From: Gemmatimonadales bacterium
GTDB taxonomy: Bacteria; Gemmatimonadota; Gemmatimonadetes; Gemmatimonadales; GWC2-71-9
Direction of reading: 5' to 3'
NCBI GenBank assembly: GCA_037189525.1
Contig: JBBCJC010000001.1
Coordinates: forward strand, 32,001 to 96,000
Length of the DNA stretch: 64,000 nt
Shown: one piece after another, positions 37,941 through 47,888 of the stretch
Numbering within the stretch: position 1 is the first letter of the stretch
Layout of the letters: every line of letters starts with the position of its first letter
Program-made: the position numbers and the translations under genes
The notes under the pieces: generated by a model
Told to the model about the DNA's origin: nothing
Seen by the model: the letters and a program-made list of their open reading frames with translations, nothing else
Database searches by the model: none

Positions 37941-40445
37941 CTACTTCATCCGTTCGGCCGTGAACTGCATCCGGAACTGCTCACCCGGCCACACCTCGCC
38001 TTCCTCCTCGTCGACAAACCAGATCGTCAAGGCAATGACGCCGCTCATAGACGTCCCGTTCCGGGTCGCCTCCACCTGGACGGCGCCGGCCGGCCCCGTC
38101 TGATTCCCTCCTCCCCGGACCTTGTAGGACGTGGTCCCCAGGATCTGCTGTGATGACATGGTTCCGGTACTCAGTTCCTCGGTCGACTGCGACCAGTAAC
38201 TTTCGCCCCATCCGGCAAAGAACGGACCGACCGTAACCGTCTGCCGCGGCATCACGCCGAGGGGCAACCGCCATTCCTGACCGGAATTGAAGGCGGGAAT
38301 CGGGCAGCAGTTGTCCGGATTCCAGGTTCCGCTGCGCAGCACGCGCAGCCGAAGCTCCGTTCCGCCGCTAACCTCTTCGAGCGCGATCACGCCCGATCTC
38401 GGCACCGCAAGCACCCGCTCCAGCATCCGCGCGATATCGCTGCTGCTCTCGATCTCGTCGCCAAGCAGTTCGTCATGGTCGATGAACGAGGTGATCCGCC
38501 AATAGGGCGCCCCACCGACGAAGCGCTCCGCCTTGGCCAGCACGTGATTCGAAGCGTCCACCAGTTCGACCCGGACCCGATAGGAAATCTCCTCGGGCGC
38601 CACCAGCGTCAGGTCTCGGGTGCTGAACGCGGTGAAAACCGGTTCCTCGTCGCCGATGGTCCAGCGATACCGCGCCGTCGCATCACCGATCCCGCCGTTG
38701 GTGACCCGGTAGGTCACATCCTGTCCCGGCTGCGGATTGACCGGAATCATCTCGACCTCGAACGGCACGCGTTGGACCGAGAACCAGGTGAAATTCATGA
38801 ACTGCCAATCGGGAGACTGGTCCGAGATGGCGGCCCGCTCCTCTACCCCGACTTTGTTGGCCCCCATGGTCAGGGTGATGGCGGCGCCCTCGTCGGCATC
38901 GGCGTTATCCGTGCTGACGAGAGTCCCCGACCCATCGTAGACGACCGAGAGAATCCGCTGCGGCTCCTTGGCGGCCGGACCGCGCAGCACCGGGCAGGTC
39001 GGGCACCGGGTTCGGAAAAGCAGCGTGGTATTGGCCGTCTTCACCGTCTTCTCCACCGGCCGCCAGAGCGTATCGACCGGGTCGAGGTACTCCATCAGCG
39101 TGGGCGGATAGTGATTCTGACCGATGGTTTCGTTCTCGACCGCCGTCCAGTGTGCCGTGATGCCCTGCATCGAAATGAGCGAGGTCACGCCCACGACGAA
39201 CAGATGCGGATACAACTCGCCCGGGGCACCGACGACCGGCGACATCACAAACGGGAGAAAATCCTGTCCGTTGAAAAACAGCGAGGTGGCCTCACCAGGT
39301 TCGTTCGGATCGGCAACCCAGAGTTCGCCGGTGGTACCATCGGACTGCATCCGGTAAGCGACGATGGCATGACCCCTTCTGATACCCTGCTGATAGATCG
39401 CCAGTAGCTGCGGACTGCCGGTCATGCGAATGGCCAGGCCGAGTGCGTCGGTCTGGACTCGAACCCAAGCGGGGCCGCCGGCCGTCATCCCGATCCGCGT
39501 CAGCACCTGCATCGCCTGCTGCACCTGGACTTCGATCTGCGGTGAGGCGCCGGTCTTCTGAATGACCGATGCCAGCCGCACCCCGCGTCCGTTGTCGGAA
39601 TCGAGCGTGGCAAGCCCGTCATAGAGACCGTGCAGGCCGCCCTTCGCCGCTTTTCTGGTGTAGTAGTGGTGGATCGCCGTGATACTGGATCCGGCGCAGT
39701 AGCCCCCCGGACTCAGGTAGTCGCCATAGTTCGCAAAGTCCCAGTCGTCGACTCCCGGCACGAAGCCGCTGTCGAAGGTGCCCTGCAGCGCCGAGCGCGC
39801 CGAGGCAATCAACAGGAGCGTGGCGAGGCCGGGCAGCCGTGCAGTCGACGAGAAACTTCGGAAGGCCGAGGTACCCGGAACCAGCAGTTGGTCGCCCGAG
39901 AGGTGGCGCGTCACGACCACGAGCGAGGTGTCGGTCCGCTGCAGCACGGGCACCAGTTCGAAGGTGCCAGTGGCCGCCTCATAGTAGAACAGCGCGAGAC
40001 TGCTGTCGGGAGACACCCGGGCCGGCACCGAAATGGTAAACGGCACGTCGCTGTAACCCTGGCCGTTTTCGATCTGGATGGCGGGACCGATCTGGCGAAC
40101 ACCGATCGGGAGATTCGGCTTGAGCGTGGGCAGTTCGGTGACCGTCCACGTCGTCGCGGTCGAAAACGCCGCGTTCGGCACGGTGATGGTCAACCCCTGG
40201 AGCGCGCCGGCCTGGGTGACGCGCAACTCGCCGCCCCCCTGGCCTAACGGTTCCCGATCGAGCACCACGCCTTCGGCCGGTCCCGGCGGGGGTGGTGGCG
40301 GAGGCGGGGGCGGCGGAGGTGGTGGAGGCACGACAGGAGGCGGCGGCGGAACGACGGGGTCCGTCGTGCCACCGCAGGACACCAGGAGCGCAGCCGCCAG
40401 CAACAGTGCAACCCGGCCGGCGAGTGGAGAGAAGGCGTTCATCAC
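37941..40445 (-). CDS. Large lipoprotein: poly-Pro linker, ZU5-like domain, putative papain-like Cys-His-Asp domain, Ig/PKD-like C-terminal region
   Basis: Lipobox LLVS-C; P-rich linker; GGYCAG, GHAIVAY, WVADPN. Confidence 0.7.
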   Translation of the reverse strand: MMNAFSPLAGRVALLLAAALLVSCGGTTDPVVPPPPPVVPPPPPPPPPPPPPPPGPAEGVVLDREPLGQGGGELRVTQAGALQGLTITVPNAAFSTATTWTVTELPTLKPNLPIGVRQIGPAIQIENGQGYSDVPFTISVPARVSPDSSLALFYYEAATGTFELVPVLQRTDTSLVVVTRHLSGDQLLVPGTSAFRSFSSTARLPGLATLLLIASARSALQGTFDSGFVPGVDDWDFANYGDYLSPGGYCAGSSITAIHHYYTRKAAKGGLHGLYDGLATLDSDNGRGVRLASVIQKTGASPQIEVQVQQAMQVLTRIGMTAGGPAWVRVQTDALGLAIRMTGSPQLLAIYQQGIRRGHAIVAYRMQSDGTTGELWVADPNEPGEATSLFFNGQDFLPFVMSPVVGAPGELYPHLFVVGVTSLISMQGITAHWTAVENETIGQNHYPPTLMEYLDPVDTLWRPVEKTVKTANTTLLFRTRCPTCPVLRGPAAKEPQRILSVVYDGSGTLVSTDNADADEGAAITLTMGANKVGVEERAAISDQSPDWQFMNFTWFSVQRVPFEVEMIPVNPQPGQDVTYRVTNGGIGDATARYRWTIGDEEPVFTAFSTRDLTLVAPEEISYRVRVELVDASNHVLAKAERFVGGAPYWRITSFIDHDELLGDEIESSSDIARMLERVLAVPRSGVIALEEVSGGTELRLRVLRSGTWNPDNCCPIPAFNSGQEWRLPLGVMPRQTVTVGPFFAGWGESYWSQSTEELSTGTMSSQQILGTTSYKVRGGGNQTGPAGAVQVEATRNGTSMSGVIALTIWFVDEEEGEVWPGEQFRMQFTAERMK
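40284..40350 (-). repeat. Poly-proline-coding low-complexity tract
   Basis: (GGN)n on the + strand encodes PPPPPVVP15 in the lipoprotein. Confidence 0.85.
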
Positions 40446-40591
40446 GATTCCGATTGAGATTCCAGGTACTCAAGACGCGCAGCGGCGGCCTCTCAGGGAT
40501 CACCCATCTGGCCGGACGGCGGTCGTGCCTCCATTATTGTCATGCAAGTATCCCTCCGCCGTCTGCACGAACCAACAACCTGGAAGTCGAA

Positions 40592-42169
40592 ATGCGTAGA
40601 GGATCACGAGCGGGAGCCTGGCTGGGAGCGATCATCTGCAGTCTGGCGGTTGCCATTCCGGCGGGAGCGCAACGGACCGGCAACAGCGCGGCAGGCCCCG
40701 CGAAAATCCTGTCGGCCGCCCAACTCAAGGCGCTGGACGCCCACATCGACCAGGTCCGGCAGCAGTGGGAGGTGCCCGGCCTGGCCATTGCCATCGTGCA
40801 GGGAGACTCGGTCGTCTTTGCCAAGGGCTACGGCGTCAAAGAACTCGGCAAGGCCGATCGGGTGGACGAGCGCACCCTCTTTTCGATCGGGTCGAGCGGC
40901 AAGTCGATGACCGCCGCGGCCACCGCCATGCTGGTGGACGAAGGCAAGATGCAGTTCGACGCTCCGGTCTGGACCTATCTGCCCGATTTCCGGGTCGCCG
41001 ATCCGTACGTGAGCAAGTACGCGACGATTCGCGATTTGCTGGCGCACCGCACCGGCGTCGAAAATTCCATCGGCGCGTGGTACGGCTCCGAACTGACGCG
41101 GGCACAGGTCATCGGGCAACGATTCCGGTTCCTCAAGCAGGAGTACGAGTTCCGGAGCCGGATGCTCTACAACAACCTGATGCTGATGGCGGCGGGAGAA
41201 GCGGCCGCGGCAACGGCCGGGCTCTCGTTCGAGGACCTGCTCGATCAACGGCTCTTCAAGCCGCTCGGAATGACGTCGACCGTGGTGAGCATCGTGCAGG
41301 TCCAACCGGGCGTCAACATCGTCGCACCGCACCTGCGCATCGACGGCAAGCTGGTGCCGGCCCCGCATCGGAACACCCAGAACATCGGCGGGGCAGGCGG
41401 CTACTACTCCAACGCCCACGACATGGCGCAGTACCTCCGGTTCCAGTTGGGCAACGGCGTCTACCGCGGCAAGCGCCTGATTTCGGAATCGTCGATGGCG
41501 GAGATGCGCACCGTCAGCATTCCCGGCCGCGCGCCGGTCGTCCTGTCCGACAGCGGCTCGACTTCACTCGGCTACGGCATGGGATGGTTTCTCGAGTACT
41601 ATCGCGGCTACCGCTCGATCGATCATGGCGGAGCCATCGACGGCATGCTGACCGCCATGACGGTGCTGCCCGAAGCGCAGATCGGTGTCGTGGTGCTGAC
41701 CAACCGGGACGGACACGCGATGCACACCGCCCTGGTCCAGCGCATCTTCGACGTCGCACTGGGCCTGCCGGAGCGCGACTGGAACGGCATCGCCTTCGCG
41801 CGGGCTTCCCGCGGCCAGGGCGCACAGCAAGCGGTCACCGCCGCGGCGACGACGAACCCATCCCTCCCCTTGGAACAGTATGCCGGAGCCTACGCGGACT
41901 CGTTGAACGGACGGGTCCGGGTCTCGTTCGAGGCCGGTTCGCTCCGTCTCCTCTGGGAGAACCACCCCGGCTTCTCGGCTCGGCTAACGCCGCTTCGCTA
42001 CAATGCTTTCCGGATCGTCGACTGGGAAAGCGCCGGTGTGCTCGCGCCCCTGGCTTCCGTTGCGACGTTCCAGCTCGATCAGGCCGGGCGCCCCGCCAGT
42101 CTCGAGATCAGCAACCTGGGCACCTTTGGTGTCGTGCGCGAACGCGCCGGGCGAGCCGGCGCTCGATGA
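40592..42169 (+). CDS. Exported serine hydrolase, beta-lactamase family, with DUF3471
   Basis: GSSGKS (SxxK), LLAHRTG, YNN, HGGAIDG, YAGAY. Confidence 0.88.
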   Translation: MRRGSRAGAWLGAIICSLAVAIPAGAQRTGNSAAGPAKILSAAQLKALDAHIDQVRQQWEVPGLAIAIVQGDSVVFAKGYGVKELGKADRVDERTLFSIGSSGKSMTAAATAMLVDEGKMQFDAPVWTYLPDFRVADPYVSKYATIRDLLAHRTGVENSIGAWYGSELTRAQVIGQRFRFLKQEYEFRSRMLYNNLMLMAAGEAAAATAGLSFEDLLDQRLFKPLGMTSTVVSIVQVQPGVNIVAPHLRIDGKLVPAPHRNTQNIGGAGGYYSNAHDMAQYLRFQLGNGVYRGKRLISESSMAEMRTVSIPGRAPVVLSDSGSTSLGYGMGWFLEYYRGYRSIDHGGAIDGMLTAMTVLPEAQIGVVVLTNRDGHAMHTALVQRIFDVALGLPERDWNGIAFARASRGQGAQQAVTAAATTNPSLPLEQYAGAYADSLNGRVRVSFEAGSLRLLWENHPGFSARLTPLRYNAFRIVDWESAGVLAPLASVATFQLDQAGRPASLEISNLGTFGVVRERAGRAGAR

Positions 42170-42220
42170 CCTGAGGGCATCATGAAGTCGATCCACCAGC
42201 TGCCCACCTGGCGAACGTGG

Positions 42221-42664
42221 TCAGGCTGGTGGATCGTCCTCCAACTCCTCGTCGACCGACGCCGGCAACGCCCGCTCCGTGCCCCGCCGCGCCAGCGCGA
42301 GTGATCCACCGGCAGAGACGGCGCCGGCCAGACCAAACACCGCCGTCAGACCCAGGAAATCGCCCACCGATCCGGAAATGAGCGCCATCACGCCCGACAG
42401 CGCCATTCCACCCACGGCCCCCCACCCCGCGAACCTTGGCACCGACATCTGATCGAACCGGCGATGCCGCTCGACCAGAGCGAGGATACCGGAAAACGCC
42501 ACTCCGGCAATGAAGCCCAGGAAGCCGAAGAACAGGGGAAACGGCACGTCGGCGGCATCCAGGCCAACGATGGCCAGGAGGATCATTCCCGCCCCGAACC
42601 AGGCGCCGGCCCAGGCCAAACCGACCCCAACGGCGCCACGCAACCACTTCCCCCAAGTCCTCAC
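42221..42664 (-). CDS. 4-TM hypothetical membrane protein
   Basis: Four Gly/Ala-rich hydrophobic helices; GTG start preceded by purine-rich AAAGGGG. Confidence 0.72.
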   Translation of the reverse strand: MRTWGKWLRGAVGVGLAWAGAWFGAGMILLAIVGLDAADVPFPLFFGFLGFIAGVAFSGILALVERHRRFDQMSVPRFAGWGAVGGMALSGVMALISGSVGDFLGLTAVFGLAGAVSAGGSLALARRGTERALPASVDEELEDDPPA

Positions 42665-42704
42665 GTCACCCCTTTCTCCGGCAGCCGGAGTGAAAAACAA
42701 CCTA

Positions 42705-42723
42705 CACTTTACACTACAAAGTG
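42705..42723. promoter_or_regulatory. Palindrome CACTTT-N7-AAAGTG in a divergent intergenic region
   Basis: Perfect 6-bp IR in an AT-rich patch 41 bp upstream of GTG 42664. Confidence 0.45.
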
Positions 42724-42832
42724 CTTGTTGTCACCGCAAGGGGTTGGTGTGTCCTGCTTGCGCCGTGCAGCCTCGAGGAGCAGGTTTCCAAGATCCTGAC
42801 GTCAAAAACCGATGTCACCCCCGAGGCACACC

Positions 42833-43786
42833 ATGGCGAAGTACCGGAACGCGCTCCCCCAGCTCGGCGGAGCATTCTTCCTCACCGAGGGCGGACTCGA
42901 GACCACCTTGATCTTCCTCGAGGGCCAGGAGCTGCCGCTCTTTGCCGCGTTTCACCTGCTCACGACGCCTGCCGGCACCGCCGCGCTCCGCAAGTATTTC
43001 GCAAGCTACGCAGACATCGCCCGGCGCCACCGCACCGGCGTGATCCTGGAAACACCGACCTGGCGGGCCAACCCGGACTGGGGTGCGCAGCTCGGCTATA
43101 CCCGGGATGACCTCGCCGCCGCCAACCGGGCATCGGTTGCGCTGCTGGAGGAATTCCGGCGCGACTACGAAACCGACGAACACCCGGTCGTGATCAGCGG
43201 GTGCATCGGCCCACGCGGCGACGGCTACATCCCCGACAGCGCCATGTCGGCGCGCGAGGCGCAGGAGTACCACAGCGAGCAGATCGAAACGTTCGCCGAC
43301 ACCGCGGCCGACCTCGTGACCGGCATCACCATGAACTACGCCGAGGAAGCGATCGGCCTGGTCGAGGCCGCACGGGATGCGAAGCTGCCGGTCGTCGTGT
43401 CGCTCACGGTGGAGACGGATGGCACCCTGCCGACGGGCCAGCCGCTCGGTGAAGCGATCCGACAGATCGATACGGCGACCGGATCGTATTCGGCGTACTT
43501 CATGCTCAACTGCGCCCATCCGAGTCACTTCGCCGAAACCATCCGGGGCGACGAGCCATGGGCCGAGCGACTGCGCGGGCTCCGGGCCAACGCCTCGCGA
43601 ATGAGCCATGCCGAGTTGAACGAAGCCACCGAACTCGACGCAGGCGATCCGGTCACCCTGGCCGGTGAGTATGCGGCGCTACGTCGGGGCCAGCTCCGAA
43701 AACTCAATGTGATGGGCGGCTGCTGCGGCACCGATCATCGCCACGTCGAACAAATTGCGATTGCCTGCGGACCGGGGGCGGGCTGA
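42833..43786 (+). CDS. Homocysteine S-methyltransferase family protein
   Basis: LTEGGLET, IGPRGDGY, LNCAHP, GGCCGT. Confidence 0.9.
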   Translation: MAKYRNALPQLGGAFFLTEGGLETTLIFLEGQELPLFAAFHLLTTPAGTAALRKYFASYADIARRHRTGVILETPTWRANPDWGAQLGYTRDDLAAANRASVALLEEFRRDYETDEHPVVISGCIGPRGDGYIPDSAMSAREAQEYHSEQIETFADTAADLVTGITMNYAEEAIGLVEAARDAKLPVVVSLTVETDGTLPTGQPLGEAIRQIDTATGSYSAYFMLNCAHPSHFAETIRGDEPWAERLRGLRANASRMSHAELNEATELDAGDPVTLAGEYAALRRGQLRKLNVMGGCCGTDHRHVEQIAIACGPGAG

Positions 43787-43804
43787 CTCGCGCCGGAGCA
43801 AACG

Positions 43805-45457
43805 ATGCGTACGCTACGTCTCGCCCTGATAGTGTTCCTGACCTGCACCGGATCGGTAGCTGCGCAGACGATTTCGGTTCGGGTACGGCACGAGTCCGGC
43901 CCGATACCAGGCGCCCTGGTTCGGGTGCTCGACCCAAATGGAACCGTCCGCACCAGATTGCTCGCCGACGAAAGTGGGCAAGCCCGATTCACGGTACCGA
44001 CCGGCACCTATACGATTCGAGTAGACGGCATCGGCTACGCGACACGCCTGCTCTCCCAGGTTGCGGTGACTTCCGGCCAGCCGCTGACGCTCGACGTGAC
44101 GCTCGAACGCAAGCCGTTCGTGATCGATGAGATCGCGGTCCGCGCCGATCGTTCGGGATGCCAGGTAGAGCCGAAAGCCGGCAGTGCCGCGGCCGAGATC
44201 TGGGGAGAAGCGCGCAAGAACCTCGAGCTGGTGCTGGCCGGCCGGCACCACCGTCCAACCCCGCTCCAGATCGTACGGTTTACCCGCAATCTGACCGAAC
44301 GGGAGGTGGTGACGCGTGAAGAGACCACCCGTAGCAGCGGTTACTTCGTTCAACCCTTCAGCGCAGCGAGCAGCGACCTGCTGTTGACCGACGGTTTCGT
44401 CCAGGTCCAGGACAACGAGACGGTCTACTTTGCCCCGGACGCCGCCCTCTTCCTGTCCGATGCGTTTGCCGCCGCGTACTGTTTCAAAGCGGTGCTGCCA
44501 CCCGCACCCAAGCGTGGCGAGGCACCCTCACCGCTGGTCGGGATCTGGTTCCAGCCGCAGCACGTAGAGCGGCCGAGCATCGAAGGCACGGTCTGGCTCG
44601 ACGCACGCACCGGCTATGTCACCTCGCTGACCTACAGCTACCTCGGTGTCCCGATGCCTCAGGATACCGAACGGCGCGCCGGCGGACGGCTGGCATTCCG
44701 CCGGGCGGCACACGGCCTGATCATCGTTGAAGAATGGGCCATCCGAATGCCCCGCCTTGCCACCATGATCGGCGCGAACGGGGCGAGCCGGCTCTCCCTG
44801 CGCGGGTTCGTCGAAGTCGGCGCCCGGATTTCCGAGCCGACCGACCGGGCCAGAGCCGGCGTCGTCATCATGGGGCAGCTGTTCGACTCCATCTCCGGCC
44901 AACCGCTCCGCAATGCGCAGGTGGCCATCGGCGACGGACCGGCCCAGACCAGCACCGACAGCGCCGGCCGATTCGTGATTCACGCCGAGGAGTCGGGCGA
45001 CTACGCGTTGCGCGTCCGGCATCCGCGGATCGAACTGCTGGGCCTGCCCGTTCTCGAACAGACCGTCACGGCCCGCGCGGGCGATACGACCCGGTTCTTT
45101 CCGCAGCTGCCGAACCGGCGCGCCGTCATTGCCGCCGCCTGCCCGGCAGCGGCGACTGACACGACGACCAGCCTGTTCGCGGGACGGATCGTGGACGCCG
45201 AAGGTATGAGCCGATCGGGAGTGCGGCTCGCGGCTCGCTGGCAGGAGCTGCGTAAGGCAGGTTCGGGCCTGGTGGTCGCCAATCAGGAAGCGCGGCTCGA
45301 ATCGGATGCGCTGGGCATCGTGCGACTCTGCGGACTCCCGACCAGCCGGCCGGCCGAGTTGTTCATGACGCAGCCGGACCGCAATGCGGCGCTGATCTTT
45401 CAGCTCCCGGCCGCGCGGCCCCGGCTGTCATTGATCGATCGGATCGCGACGCACTAA
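43805..45457 (+). CDS. Exported protein with carboxypeptidase regulatory-like domains
   Basis: Signal peptide; repeated PIPGALV...ADESG and QPLRNAQV...TDSAGRF beta-sandwich motifs. Confidence 0.75.
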   Translation: MRTLRLALIVFLTCTGSVAAQTISVRVRHESGPIPGALVRVLDPNGTVRTRLLADESGQARFTVPTGTYTIRVDGIGYATRLLSQVAVTSGQPLTLDVTLERKPFVIDEIAVRADRSGCQVEPKAGSAAAEIWGEARKNLELVLAGRHHRPTPLQIVRFTRNLTEREVVTREETTRSSGYFVQPFSAASSDLLLTDGFVQVQDNETVYFAPDAALFLSDAFAAAYCFKAVLPPAPKRGEAPSPLVGIWFQPQHVERPSIEGTVWLDARTGYVTSLTYSYLGVPMPQDTERRAGGRLAFRRAAHGLIIVEEWAIRMPRLATMIGANGASRLSLRGFVEVGARISEPTDRARAGVVIMGQLFDSISGQPLRNAQVAIGDGPAQTSTDSAGRFVIHAEESGDYALRVRHPRIELLGLPVLEQTVTARAGDTTRFFPQLPNRRAVIAAACPAAATDTTTSLFAGRIVDAEGMSRSGVRLAARWQELRKAGSGLVVANQEARLESDALGIVRLCGLPTSRPAELFMTQPDRNAALIFQLPAARPRLSLIDRIATH

Positions 45458-46098
45458 AGGAGTTTCGCCTCGATCGCGAAGCGGGCCAGCCCGGCCGCGC
45501 TCGGAATGCCGAGTTTGCGAATCAGGGTCTCCCGGTAGGACTCGACGGTCCGGACACTGAGACCCAGATCGGCCGCGATTTCTTTGTTGGTCTTTCCGCT
45601 GGCCACGCCGAGCAGCACATCCCGCTCCCGGCGAGTGAGCAGATTGAGCCGTTGCACCGCTGCGGCCAGGATCGGCGCCGCCGTTTCGACCGGCGCGTTC
45701 TGCTCGCCGGTTTCGAAGCAGGTCTGTCCCGAAGCCACCTTCCGAATCGCGGCCCGGAGGTCATCAGGCAGGCTGTCCTTGCGCAGATAGCCATGCGCAC
45801 CTGCCCGAATGCTTTCCAGCACGTACTCGGGATGGTCGTGGACACTCAGCATCAGGACCCGCACCTCCGGCAGACGAGCCCGTAGCCGCTCGACCGTCAC
45901 GATGCCGGAATCGCCGGGGAGGCTGATGTCCATGATCACGACATCGGGCTCGACCGCCGCGGCGCGTTCGATCCCCTCGGGACCGTTACCGCTTTCACCA
46001 ACCACATCGAAGCCAGGCACCGATAGGGCCTGGCGGATTCCTTCCCGCACCAGCGGGTGGTCGTCGACGATGACGACCCGTACCGTCTGCTCGCTCAT
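45454..46098 (-). CDS. NarL/LuxR family response regulator
   Basis: IVDDHPLVREG, MDISLP, GYLRK, LTRRERDVL HTH. Confidence 0.93.
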   Translation of the reverse strand: MSEQTVRVVIVDDHPLVREGIRQALSVPGFDVVGESGNGPEGIERAAAVEPDVVIMDISLPGDSGIVTVERLRARLPEVRVLMLSVHDHPEYVLESIRAGAHGYLRKDSLPDDLRAAIRKVASGQTCFETGEQNAPVETAAPILAAAVQRLNLLTRRERDVLLGVASGKTNKEIAADLGLSVRTVESYRETLIRKLGIPSAAGLARFAIEAKLL

Positions 46099-47843
46099 GA
46101 CTCCCGTCCCATAGGCAACTCGGCCGCAACCGAGACACCGGATCCTACCTGCGATCGCAACACGACCGAACCGCCCAACGCAATGATCCGCTCCCGCATC
46201 CCGAAAAGCCCCGAACGGCCCGGGCCGCGCTGCAACCGTTCGAGATCGGTCGCCGAGAGGCCGATCCCGTCGTCGGCCACCCGGAGCGTGACAACCCGTT
46301 CCGTCACCTGGAGCGCCACCGTGATCCGGGTGGCATGCGCATGCCGCGCAACGTTCGACAAGGCCTCCTGCAGGGTCCTAAAGAGCGCCAGCTCCGCATC
46401 GGCAGACAACCCCCGGACCTCGGCGGGCGCCTCGAGCGTCACCGCGAGTCCACTCCATTCGCGGAAGTCGCTGATCAGGGCGCGCAACGCCGGCACCAGC
46501 CCGAGATCTTCGAGCACCGCGGGCCGAAGGTCGTCGGTCACGCTCCGGATGCTGCGGGTCCCGGCATCGACGAGTTGCACCAGCCGGTCGACCCGCGGCG
46601 ACAACTCCGCCGGGGCGCTCTCCCGAAAGGTACCGAGTTGCAGCTTGAGCGCGGAAAAGACCTGGGCCGTTTCGTCATGCAGCTCTCGGCCGAGCCGGCG
46701 GCGCTGCTCCTCGTGCTCGCTCAGCATCCGCACCGAGAGCCGTTCGAGATCGGCGGTCCGCTGCTCCAGCCGGACCGACAGTTCCGACCGCTCCAGCGCG
46801 GAACCGATCTGCTCGCCGATCGCCTCGAGCAAACTGTCGTCGAGCGCAGCAAACGATGCGGCCAGGTCGCCCGAAATCACCAGGACCCGATTACCCTCCG
46901 CGGTGCCGCCCAGACGGAGCACGCCGGTAAACGACGGCATGCCCGTCGTCTCGTCCGGATCGCCGTCGAGACGCGACCTTCCGGCCGCCATGGCCTGGGC
47001 GACCACGGCGCGCACCGGCGCCGGAATGCCGGTAGTCCCCCAGTCGCGACAGATACCAACCCCGCGATCGAACACCGGGCCGTCGGGACCGACATCGAGC
47101 AACGCCGCGCCGTGAACACCCCGGAGCGCCAGCGGCCGCGCCAGCAGCGCAGCGCGGGAATCCTCGAGTCCCTCACGGCGAAGATCCCCGGACAACGCCA
47201 CCAGCGTGCCGAGTCCTTCCCGCAGTTCTTCGAGGATGAGGAGCATGATTCCGGCGCCGGTCGCGAGCACGAACACGGTATCGAGCATGTAGCCCCACGG
47301 GCTCCAGGCGCCGCGGGCACGCAGGATCGGATAGTCGAGGTGATGGAGGCCCCACAACAACAGTGTGACCGCCAGGAAACCCGCGGCGGCCGAGCCGGTC
47401 CGCTTGCGGTAGCGCCAGAAGACGACACCGGTCCATCCCGTCGTGAGCGCCAGGAAGCCGACCATCGGTCCGGCCGCCAGCGCGAAACTCTCCAGCACGA
47501 AGATCGCGAGGTAGGCCCACCCCACCGGAAAGGCGAGATAGCCGAGATACCACCATCGCCAGCGCCACCCCTGACGGGCAAAGACCAGCGCCGCATAGAG
47601 AAAGCCCAGCGCGGTCCAGCCGATGATGATCTGGTGCCAGTAGAGGAAACCGCGCGCTTCGGTAAAGATGAAGGTGACGATGGCAGCGGGCGCCAGGGAG
47701 TAGAGCCCGAACGCGATGGCCCACCAGAAGAAGTGGATCTTCTGGTAGCGGCGATAGAGGTAGGCGAAGAACCCCGCCAGCCCCGCCAGTACCGCCGTCT
47801 GGAAAATGGCCGCCGACAGCTCGGCGAGCTGGAAATCCGGCAT
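46095..47843 (-). CDS. Sensor histidine kinase (7TM input, degenerate GAF, HisKA_3/HATPase)
   Basis: Seven TM helices; RELHDETAQ, EALSNVARHA, DDGIG, GLFGMRER. Confidence 0.92.
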   Translation of the reverse strand: MPDFQLAELSAAIFQTAVLAGLAGFFAYLYRRYQKIHFFWWAIAFGLYSLAPAAIVTFIFTEARGFLYWHQIIIGWTALGFLYAALVFARQGWRWRWWYLGYLAFPVGWAYLAIFVLESFALAAGPMVGFLALTTGWTGVVFWRYRKRTGSAAAGFLAVTLLLWGLHHLDYPILRARGAWSPWGYMLDTVFVLATGAGIMLLILEELREGLGTLVALSGDLRREGLEDSRAALLARPLALRGVHGAALLDVGPDGPVFDRGVGICRDWGTTGIPAPVRAVVAQAMAAGRSRLDGDPDETTGMPSFTGVLRLGGTAEGNRVLVISGDLAASFAALDDSLLEAIGEQIGSALERSELSVRLEQRTADLERLSVRMLSEHEEQRRRLGRELHDETAQVFSALKLQLGTFRESAPAELSPRVDRLVQLVDAGTRSIRSVTDDLRPAVLEDLGLVPALRALISDFREWSGLAVTLEAPAEVRGLSADAELALFRTLQEALSNVARHAHATRITVALQVTERVVTLRVADDGIGLSATDLERLQRGPGRSGLFGMRERIIALGGSVVLRSQVGSGVSVAAELPMGRES

Positions 47844-47888
47844 CGGGCCCAAGCAAACCGCGCCGGGGCCCGGGAGCAAGGTCTCGAA

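Noticed and set aside
40284..40350. G-rich tract as a possible G-quadruplex or contingency repeat
   Set aside because: Synonymous variation at third positions shows selection on the poly-Pro protein sequence rather than a DNA repeat
40543..40558. GG-N10-GC on the minus strand upstream of the large lipoprotein
   Set aside because: The -24 element (CGGAGG) is too far from TGGCAC to call
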